A stretch of 32,000 nucleotides of DNA, taken from NCBI GenBank assembly GCA_025839675.1, contig CP104013.1, positions 3,570,001 through 3,602,000 on the forward strand. The letters run 5' to 3'. The notes below the pieces were generated by a model. That model was not told the origin of the DNA and made no database searches. It saw nothing but the letters and a program-made list of their open reading frames with translations. This stretch comes from Candidatus Lokiarchaeum ossiferum (GTDB taxonomy: Archaea > Asgardarchaeota > Lokiarchaeia > Sigyniarchaeales > Promethearchaeaceae). How positions within the stretch are numbered: position 1 is the stretch's first letter; each line of letters starts with the position of its first letter. Position numbers and translations under genes: made by a program. Shown here piece by piece: positions 1-7,291 of the stretch.

Positions 1-1410
1 CTTTCTAACAATAATTACTACTCAGATTTAGTTTGCATGGATGATGATTGGTTTTACTTTGGGCCTATCTTAAGTCAAGAAACTCTTAGTGTGGAATTAC
101 GCTACGATACAGTCAATAATCTTGTCATCGAATTATTTGATGGCACTGGGGCATATCATGGATTTCAAGTAGATGATCAAACTTGGGGAAAACTGCTCAC
201 TTGGACTGCAGGAGGATACTTCTCTACCGCGTATTTATTGATCAGTGGAGACTTTAATACACCTTACTCCCTTGATTTGAGAGTTAGCACTACTATTAGT
301 GATGATTGGGCGGAAGAAAACGATGATATTTCATCGGCAAAAGATCTCTCAATCAATCGTCATAATGGTCTCATTCAAAACGATATGGATTGGTATAAAA
401 TATGGTTAGAGCCAAATGATCTGCTCGATATTATATTAGAATATGATAACGCCCTCCCTGGTTTATGGATGGATTTAGATTTATATGAATGGAGTTCAAC
501 AGCAGAATCTTTGCTGGTCTCGGGAACAAATGATAATGGGAAAAATATATTATCTTATACAAATGAGAATCTTGCAAAATATGTCTATATTCGAGTAAAT
601 GGTCCAAATAATGGAGATTGGTATGATTTAGATCTTACTTTGAATCCAAGTACTTCACCTGAAGAACCTTCTCTGGATTGGGTTGCTTATACATCTGGGG
701 ATTTTGCTGAATGGGATGCTACCGTTGAAATTTTTAATGAAGGTGGAAATTCAACTCTATTTGAAGGTTCCCTCCGGGGTGATATTACTGATGTTCAATT
801 AGGTGAACACTCTGTGATAGTGAGTTCTAATATGCAATGGTCCAATATTCCTACGGAGTATTTACAAGGATGGATCACTGGGGCTTATAACTTTGATATT
901 GAAGGTGATGGATTTGCTTATCCCGCATATTTTGGATTCGCATCCGTTTTTGTTGGCGATGGGTTCCATTATAGCGATACCCAAAAAATTTTCACTAACA
1001 TCTTTGACACTAGTTATGATATTCTGGATGACGGGCGGACCTTAGAAGTGGAATATAATCCAAGTGAGGGACCTTACTATAAGATGCGAGTAACTTATAC
1101 GGAAGACGGTTTCTTGAAGGAAATATCTATCGAAGGGGATTTTGTTGATGCTGTGGGAAATATTTTTGCCTATGGAAAAATTCACTTACTTTTAAGCAGT
1201 TCCTCAGTTGTTGAAGAAATAAAAACCGACGATACAATGACGAACTCTACAGATGATGGGAATGGAACGGGTGCGGATAGCAATCCATTTAGTGGATTTG
1301 ATCTTAGCAGTATCCCAGGTTTTCCAGCTGAAATCATTGGAGGCGTTCTTGGTCTTACCATCATTGCAATGATTGTGGCAGTAAAAAAGAAATCGAAAAA
1401 AGTGTTTTAA
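1..1410 (+). CDS. Cell-surface protein, 5'-truncated by the window edge, with PPC-like (pre-peptidase C-terminal type) beta-sandwich repeats and a PGF-CTERM-like anchor
   Basis: Frame 1 is open from nt 1, with no stop before the ATG at 37, so the true N-terminus probably lies upstream. There are two copies of the PPC-type pattern D-x-D-W-[FY] followed by LDLxLY-like strands (CMDDDWFYFG...; NDMDWYKIWLEPNDLLDIILEYD...MDLDLYEW). The C-terminus has a T/S/D/N/G-rich linker followed by IPGFPAEIIGGVLGLTIIAMIVAVKKKSKKVF: PGF at nt 1315-1323, a TM helix and a Lys cluster. Confidence 0.7.
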   Translation, partial: LSNNNYYSDLVCMDDDWFYFGPILSQETLSVELRYDTVNNLVIELFDGTGAYHGFQVDDQTWGKLLTWTAGGYFSTAYLLISGDFNTPYSLDLRVSTTISDDWAEENDDISSAKDLSINRHNGLIQNDMDWYKIWLEPNDLLDIILEYDNALPGLWMDLDLYEWSSTAESLLVSGTNDNGKNILSYTNENLAKYVYIRVNGPNNGDWYDLDLTLNPSTSPEEPSLDWVAYTSGDFAEWDATVEIFNEGGNSTLFEGSLRGDITDVQLGEHSVIVSSNMQWSNIPTEYLQGWITGAYNFDIEGDGFAYPAYFGFASVFVGDGFHYSDTQKIFTNIFDTSYDILDDGRTLEVEYNPSEGPYYKMRVTYTEDGFLKEISIEGDFVDAVGNIFAYGKIHLLLSSSSVVEEIKTDDTMTNSTDDGNGTGADSNPFSGFDLSSIPGFPAEIIGGVLGLTIIAMIVAVKKKSKKVF

Positions 1411-1411
1411 A

Positions 1412-1418
1412 TTTTTTT
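1412..1418 (+). terminator. Oligo-T tract directly after the stop codon (archaeal-type terminator signal)
   Basis: A T7 run begins 2 nt after the TAA at 1408-1410, and a second T6 run lies at about 1425-1430. Archaeal RNAP terminates at oligo-T tracts. Confidence 0.4.
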
Positions 1419-1455
1419 ACCTCAATTTTTTAAATTATTTCTATATTTTCATCAC

Positions 1456-4400
1456 TTAAGTTTGTAAATTGTTGATGTCTAACACATTAATTTGCACCAG
1501 AGTTTCAGGATCTACTTCTTCCTCTTCCTCTTCATATTCAATTCCTTCTTCACTCTCATTTTCTCCTCCCTCTGATTCCTCTTCTTCTTCATATTCTTCT
1601 TCCGCCTCTCCTTCTTCTTCATCTTCATATTCGTATTCGGGATATTCTGGATCTGCAGGAAAAGTTATTTCGAGAATTTTTGCCTTAGCTACTTTATCAT
1701 CCTTTTCACTGGTGGTACATATGGAAATAGATTGATTCTCCCAAAGTAAAGTATGGCCCTCTTTGCTAAAATCATTGCTGGAAACCATCATTCCGTTTAC
1801 TTCTTCCGTGATCAATTCATTCGCCTTCATAAAAGCAGAAAAAATGGTTTCATTGAAGCTATACCCTTTCTTCTTTGCGATCTTTTTAATGGGATTTTTC
1901 TTCAAACGGGCATTAGGTTGATTTAGAATAAATTGAAGGGCATAAGAGTCCATTTTTTTGGCTGAAATATGCGGAGAATGCTTTATTTCTGATAGCAGAA
2001 CTGGAGTTTCCGGATTGTTAATGTTAGCTGGAATGCCCCCGTGGGATGCAATAATGTTTTGATATGTGGATTTGACAACATGGGCGATTGGGAGTTTAAC
2101 AAAAAATTCTTTGAATTCTTCTAAAATCTCATCATCAAAATGATCTAAAACATTTTGAGCAAATCCATTCTTTTCCATTCGTGAAAGTTCTTCTTCTTCA
2201 CCTCGACACATAATCACTTCTGCTGGATAAGCTAAGTTGAAACACATAATGTACAGTAAATTATGCAGATCCATACTATTATTACCAATAAAATTTCCTA
2301 AAAATAAAATGCGTAATGGAGTTTCGTTCGCTTGACTTTCAAATATTTTGGGTTGGAAAAATCGTGAGAGCAATTTATCATTATCATCAAACGTAGAATC
2401 ACCCACATAATACAATTTACTACTCCCAGGCAAAGTTTCAATAAGTGGTTTTGAAGAATCATATTGATCATAGATATCCTGAATTTGATGCAACATTTGT
2501 TGTATATATTGCTTCGCATTATCTCCTCCATAAAATTCATCAGGAGTAGGATGATTATATCGATGGAGGAAATAAAATTCCCAGATTTGATCTATTTCAT
2601 TTGATTTTAGAGCTGCCATTCGGGGTTTTTCTTTACTTGCTTTTGCATCCAACTCGGCTTGAAGTTCCTCATTGCGGCGAATTTCTTCCAAATCCTCGAG
2701 TTCTTCGTCAGTTGAGGGGACATCTGCCCCAGTACCGGCTGTTAAAATTCTAACTTCTTCTTCTGAATGCCAATTTGCCAGATCCAATACTTTTTGAGTT
2801 CGTTCAGATTTGGTTAGCTCCTTGTCGTTTTTGATTGCCTGCATTTTCTCTTGATATTCTTGTTTATGAGATTCTAAGGCTGCTTGGCGTTCTTTTTCCT
2901 CTTTTTCTTGTAATTCTTTTAGCGTTCGTTCTTCTTCATCTTGAATTTCTTTTAACCGTTTTGCTTCTTCCTTTTCTTTTTTAATACGTTCAAGTCGAAT
3001 TTTTTCTTCTTTATCATCTATACGAGCTTTCTCCGCTCTTTCCTTTTCAATTTGTTGAAGTCGTAGTTTTTCCTTTTCTTTTTCTAGACGAGTTTTCTCT
3101 TCCTTTTCCAATCTTAGAGCTTCTTGTTCTTCTTTCTGTTTTTTTTCCAATTTTTGCTGTTTTTTTAGCTCTTCTTCTTTTAGTTTTCGTTCTTGTTCCT
3201 TGGCTTTTCTCTTTTTTTCCTTTTCAAGTTCTTTTTCACGGGCTCTACGCGCTTTTTCCTCAGTAATTTCTTTAGCCCTAATTTCCCGTTCTAATTGCTT
3301 CTTCTTTATTTCCTGCTGAGTTTCTTGTTTTTGAAGTTCTTTTTCAAAACCCTTATCCTTAGAAGCTAAAATTTTCAAGATTCTTCGATCTTCTTGGGCT
3401 TTGATATAACTGTCACGAGTAGGGTGATATTGGTTTGTGATAAATTCAATGTTTTTCTGTTTTACTTCTGGTTCATTAGGATTGATATTACGCTTAATTT
3501 CATATTTAACATCTACTCGCGCTAGCCATTCATCAATAAATTTGAAATTTTTCCGTAATTCACCACGTAATGCATTACGGATGTTATAATCAATGGTTTC
3601 TGAAGATAATTCTTTGCCAAGTGTTTCAAGAGTTAATAACCATTGTTTTCCGCTTTGTTTTACATGATTATAGTATCCTAATTTTTCAAACGCTTGGATT
3701 TGATTGTCAAATTCGTTGATTGTTTGCTTTAATATTTGAACTTCCTCTTTTACAGAAAGGGGTTTTTGAATTTTTTTTTGTTGATCCACTGTGATCTTTT
3801 TTCGAAAAAGTCGAATCGCTTCAATATTCTCGGGAATTTCTTCGGGATGGGTTTTATCACGAATATATTCTCGAGCTTTTAGCTGAATTGGTGCTTTTTC
3901 TCCAAATTTTTCATAATCTGCAACTTTTAATTGAATATCCTTCTTATTTTTCATACCATTCTGGTTGTTGGATGCTTCTTGGTTTTGAATATTCGACCGT
4001 TCTTCTTCTCGCTGTTTTATGGACAAATCAATTTCTGCTTGTTCTTGGATGAAGCCATCTTGAATAGACCTTAGAGTTTGTAAAATTCCCTTAACATATT
4101 CTGCTGAACGTTTTCCTTCCACCCGAAATTTGTCAGGATCAGAATAATCGAACCTTTTTTTCATGCTACGAATAATTTGCTCAATTTCTCTATCATTTTG
4201 GCGAACGACATTAATAAATTTAAATAACCCCTGATATTGGTCGCGATCCTCTCCGATTTTGTCACATACTTGGCGGTATGCCTCGGCTAAGGTTATAGCA
4301 TTTAATAATTGTGGTGATTGGTTTAAAGTAATAAGATCTTCCTTAATGCCTTTGGTAAAATCTTGAAATGCCCGAATAAGTTCCTTTTCTAGTCTTTTCT

Positions 4401-4533
4401 TGAATTTAATTCCCCGTTGCAAATCCCTTTTTTGTTTAAATTTCTTCAGCATTTCTCCCCGACTCCAAAGCTCTTCTTTGGTACTACTTAATTTCTGAGG
4501 CTTTAATTTTTTTCTTCTTTCTAATTTTGACAA
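1456..4533 (-). CDS. Giant coiled-coil protein with a C-terminal PPP-family (PP1/calcineurin-like) phosphatase fold carrying degenerate catalytic motifs, and a poly-acidic tail
   Basis: The ORF is 1025 aa and uninterrupted. The annotated start is TTG at 4533, with no in-frame ATG upstream; the first internal ATG is codon 28, so the start is uncertain. The middle third is E/K/R heptad-like low complexity. The C-terminal part aligns by eye with PP1: KLYYVGDSTF vs ICGDIHG, ILFLGNFIGNN vs LFLGDYVDRG, AYPAEVIMCRGEEEE vs KYPENFFLLRGNHE, LPIAHVV...ASHGGIP vs LPIAAIV...CCHGGLS, and KGYSFNETIFSAFMKANEL vs [21 protein letters not shown]. The tail is PEYEYEDEEEGEAEEEYEEEEESEGGENESEEGIEYEEEEEE. Confidence 0.8.
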   Translation of the reverse strand: MSKLERRKKLKPQKLSSTKEELWSRGEMLKKFKQKRDLQRGIKFKKRLEKELIRAFQDFTKGIKEDLITLNQSPQLLNAITLAEAYRQVCDKIGEDRDQYQGLFKFINVVRQNDREIEQIIRSMKKRFDYSDPDKFRVEGKRSAEYVKGILQTLRSIQDGFIQEQAEIDLSIKQREEERSNIQNQEASNNQNGMKNKKDIQLKVADYEKFGEKAPIQLKAREYIRDKTHPEEIPENIEAIRLFRKKITVDQQKKIQKPLSVKEEVQILKQTINEFDNQIQAFEKLGYYNHVKQSGKQWLLTLETLGKELSSETIDYNIRNALRGELRKNFKFIDEWLARVDVKYEIKRNINPNEPEVKQKNIEFITNQYHPTRDSYIKAQEDRRILKILASKDKGFEKELQKQETQQEIKKKQLEREIRAKEITEEKARRAREKELEKEKKRKAKEQERKLKEEELKKQQKLEKKQKEEQEALRLEKEEKTRLEKEKEKLRLQQIEKERAEKARIDDKEEKIRLERIKKEKEEAKRLKEIQDEEERTLKELQEKEEKERQAALESHKQEYQEKMQAIKNDKELTKSERTQKVLDLANWHSEEEVRILTAGTGADVPSTDEELEDLEEIRRNEELQAELDAKASKEKPRMAALKSNEIDQIWEFYFLHRYNHPTPDEFYGGDNAKQYIQQMLHQIQDIYDQYDSSKPLIETLPGSSKLYYVGDSTFDDNDKLLSRFFQPKIFESQANETPLRILFLGNFIGNNSMDLHNLLYIMCFNLAYPAEVIMCRGEEEELSRMEKNGFAQNVLDHFDDEILEEFKEFFVKLPIAHVVKSTYQNIIASHGGIPANINNPETPVLLSEIKHSPHISAKKMDSYALQFILNQPNARLKKNPIKKIAKKKGYSFNETIFSAFMKANELITEEVNGMMVSSNDFSKEGHTLLWENQSISICTTSEKDDKVAKAKILEITFPADPEYPEYEYEDEEEGEAEEEYEEEEESEGGENESEEGIEYEEEEEEVDPETLVQINVLDINNLQT
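2800..3360 (-). repeat. Low-complexity E/K/R-rich coiled-coil-coding tract; the + strand is almost pure pyrimidine
   Basis: The + strand reads as runs of ttc/ttt/ctt/tcc, for example ttctttttcctctttttcttgtaattctttt. It translates on the - strand to KELEKEKKRKAKEQERKLKEEELKKQQKLEKKQKEEQEALRLEKEEK... Boundaries are approximate. Confidence 0.8.
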
Positions 4534-4789
4534 AAAGTGGGCTCATAAAAAAATATATGCAACAAATCGATAAATAGTATATGGCAACTCATAATAAATC
4601 TACTAAATCTCCCCTCCTAACTTCCTCATTGCTTGAACAAATTCGAACCATTATTTTACAATCCAATTCATAAGTTTTTCTTCATTTTTCATTGATTTTC
4701 CATTGGTATTTTTGAGTTAATAAATTACAATTTCTTTGATATCCCATTATTTATTTTACTTTAAATTTTTTAAAACATAGGGATGAAAC

Positions 4790-7291
4790 ATGAAAGTTGT
4801 AGAAGAAAATAAGGAAATCCATTTATCCATTAAGGATGTGATATTCGCCAGTAGTGATAGGCGGTTCTATACTTCTTCCATCCCTCTTCGAATTCGTGCT
4901 TCTAAAGGTACCGAAGTCCATGTCGCCTTTCAAGATAAACGAAGTCAATCTGAAAAAAAATTCCAAAAAGAAGCCGCTGTAAAAATCAAACTTGAGGTAA
5001 TGGATTGGAAATTCATAATTTCTGGGCGAGCAGATGTTATTTTTGAAAAACAAGGGAAATTAATCATCGAAGAAATCAAATCGGTGACGAATTTGGAAAA
5101 GTTCGATTTCTCCTCCCGAATTGCGGAAGAATATCGGCAACAACTACTTATGTATGGTCACTATTACAAGCAATTAGGAAGAGATATTGTGTGTCGATTA
5201 GTGCTGGTGGATATTTATTCAGAAGATACCGAGATTATTGAAATTGAACCCCAAGATTTAACCAATTATATCCAGCAACAATGCCAAGTTATACTTACCT
5301 CATGGAAACAAAACCTAAAACAACGAGATTTATTAAAAAAACGTGCTAAAACAATTCAATTTCCTTTTTCAGACCATCGTCCCAATCAGAAAGAAATTAT
5401 TGAAAAAACATCTGAAATTTTAAGCAATCAAGGTCGTCTCATGCTTTTAGCACCTTCGGGACTTGGTAAAACCATCGGAACACTTTATCCTGCCTTGAAA
5501 TATTCACTACGTCACAATAAGCGTCTTTTCATTGTGACATCAAAAACGACCCAACAAAACATCTATCGAGAAACACTCCAGATCTTCGCTAAAAAGAAAG
5601 GTCAATTTTCTTCCATTATTCTTACAGCCAAGGAAAAGATGTGTGTAAATGACGCTTTCATTTGTGAAAAATCTTTTTGTCCCTTCATAGAAAATTATGA
5701 AAACGCACCACTTGATGAGATCACTTCAGAAGTATCAAAAAAACAAGTTGTTGATGCACGCATTATTCGAAAGATTGCCAAGAAACATACTGTATGCCCA
5801 TTTGAACTTTCCTTGGATTATTCGTTAGAATGTGATGTCATAGTTGGTGACTATAACTACGTGTTTCATCCCTTTATTAAATTGAAACGTTATTTCGATC
5901 AACCCTATGATGATATGGTTCTCATTGTAGATGAAGCTCATAATTTACCTTCACGGGCTATGACTTATTATTCGCCTGAAATTACTCTAAAAAGTATTGC
6001 TGACACAATCGAGTCCTTGCGTGCGTTAAATCTTCCCAAGAAAGTGGAACGTAAAGGTCTAGATCTTTATCAGAAAGTCAACAAATATCTCCTTGCCCTA
6101 ATTAAAGAATACCCTGATATTCCAAACCGTAAAATTGTGCTCGCTAAATTTGATAAGAAATTCTTTCGTACGGTAGTGAAGGATAGTGATCGATTTGTAA
6201 TGTGGTATGTTCAAGCTTATATTGATCGAATGGGATATCAACCAGGAGGTAAAGATAGAAATCTTGAGTTTACTATGAATTTACGTAATTTTTATTTAAT
6301 CTTGAAGGAAAGCGATTTACCTGAATATAGCGAGTTGTTATATCTTAAAGAAGGGAAAATGAAAATCCTATGCAAATCAGCAGCCCATAAATTAGAATAC
6401 CAACTTCAAGGGTTTAATTCGGTTATTATGCAATCAGCCACTCTCTTTCCAATGGAATATTTTCAAAAAATGCTTGGGTTTCCTGAATCTGCAATTCGGC
6501 TTCAATTTAATTCCCCTTATGCTCAGCAAAACCGGTTATATCTATTAATGCCGAACATTTCAACCAAATATGAATATCGTCGGGATTCTTATGAACCAAT
6601 TGCTGCATTGATCTGTGATTCAGTAGCCTTAAAATATGGGAATTATCTTGCTTTTTTCCCCTCCTTTAAATATTTAAAAGCCGTGGAACAAGAAATTGAG
6701 AGAAAATCTCTCTCAGTTGAGTTGTTAGTGCAAGATAGAAATATGAGTGAACGAAAAAGGAGAGAATATCTGAAAAAATTGCAATCCCCAGATAAAAAAT
6801 ATCTCCTCTTAGGAGTTCATGGTGGCATTTTTAGTGAAGGTGTAGATTTCACAGGTGATATGGCTATTGGAGCATTCATCATCGGTCCTGGATTACCAGC
6901 TTATTCATTGGAGCAAGAAATGATGAAAAATTACTTTGATTTCAAATGGCAAAAAGGATTTGAGTATGCCTACCGCAATCCAGGGATCACAAAGGTAATT
7001 CAATCTGCAGGTCGGGTTTTCCGAACTTTTACAGATAGAGGATTTGTTATTTTAATTGGACAGCGATTCATAACTCCTTTTTATAAAGATATTCTCCCCC
7101 AAGATTGGTTGATTGAGCGACCTGATGATATTATTGGAAGAATTTCTTCTTTTTGGAATGATAAATCTCCAAAAATTATTACAAAGTCAAATGAAACGGA
7201 AGAAAAATATGAGAAACCGAACAAAAAAAAGAGCTCTAAAAAGAAATATCCAAAAACAGTTGACCTCTTTGATTTGATGGAAAAGCTTTAA
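4790..7291 (+). CDS. PD-(D/E)XK (RecB/Cas4-like) nuclease domain fused to an XPD/Rad3/DinG-family SF2 Fe-S DNA helicase
   Basis: The N-terminal ~175 aa carry GRADVIF...LIIEEIKS (D at nt 5033, ExK at 5069-5080) followed by QQLLMY (a QxxxY motif). The helicase motifs are: Walker A LLAPSGLGKT (nt 5450-), a four-Cys cluster MCVNDAFICEKSFCPF...VCPFE, VIVGDYNYVF, DEAH in VDEAHNL (nt 5930-), QSATL, GGIFSEGVDF and QSAGRVFR. The C-terminal tail is Lys-rich. Confidence 0.9.
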   Translation: MKVVEENKEIHLSIKDVIFASSDRRFYTSSIPLRIRASKGTEVHVAFQDKRSQSEKKFQKEAAVKIKLEVMDWKFIISGRADVIFEKQGKLIIEEIKSVTNLEKFDFSSRIAEEYRQQLLMYGHYYKQLGRDIVCRLVLVDIYSEDTEIIEIEPQDLTNYIQQQCQVILTSWKQNLKQRDLLKKRAKTIQFPFSDHRPNQKEIIEKTSEILSNQGRLMLLAPSGLGKTIGTLYPALKYSLRHNKRLFIVTSKTTQQNIYRETLQIFAKKKGQFSSIILTAKEKMCVNDAFICEKSFCPFIENYENAPLDEITSEVSKKQVVDARIIRKIAKKHTVCPFELSLDYSLECDVIVGDYNYVFHPFIKLKRYFDQPYDDMVLIVDEAHNLPSRAMTYYSPEITLKSIADTIESLRALNLPKKVERKGLDLYQKVNKYLLALIKEYPDIPNRKIVLAKFDKKFFRTVVKDSDRFVMWYVQAYIDRMGYQPGGKDRNLEFTMNLRNFYLILKESDLPEYSELLYLKEGKMKILCKSAAHKLEYQLQGFNSVIMQSATLFPMEYFQKMLGFPESAIRLQFNSPYAQQNRLYLLMPNISTKYEYRRDSYEPIAALICDSVALKYGNYLAFFPSFKYLKAVEQEIERKSLSVELLVQDRNMSERKRREYLKKLQSPDKKYLLLGVHGGIFSEGVDFTGDMAIGAFIIGPGLPAYSLEQEMMKNYFDFKWQKGFEYAYRNPGITKVIQSAGRVFRTFTDRGFVILIGQRFITPFYKDILPQDWLIERPDDIIGRISSFWNDKSPKIITKSNETEEKYEKPNKKKSSKKKYPKTVDLFDLMEKL

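Noticed and set aside
1469-1735. 88-aa Ser-rich ORF on the + strand
   Set aside because: It is the antisense shadow of the poly-Glu tail codons (GAA/GAG read as TTC/CTC). The composition is pure low complexity and it lies fully inside a much longer, motif-supported ORF.
1456-4533. Reading the coiled-coil plus calcineurin-like protein as an Mre11/Rad50- or SbcCD-like fusion
   Set aside because: The motif spacing and flanking residues match PPP Ser/Thr phosphatases (LFLGDYVDRG / LRGNHE / HGG context), not Mre11 (DxH, GDLFD, GNHD, GHxH). There are no Walker A/B ABC ATPase heads or zinc hook flanking the coiled coil.
4581-4673. 30-codon ORF (MATHNKSTKSPLLTSSLLEQIRTIILQSNS) in the divergent intergenic region
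   Set aside because: It is short, has no supporting motif or conservation evidence available, and is easily produced by chance. It is kept only as a note for ribosome-profiling data.
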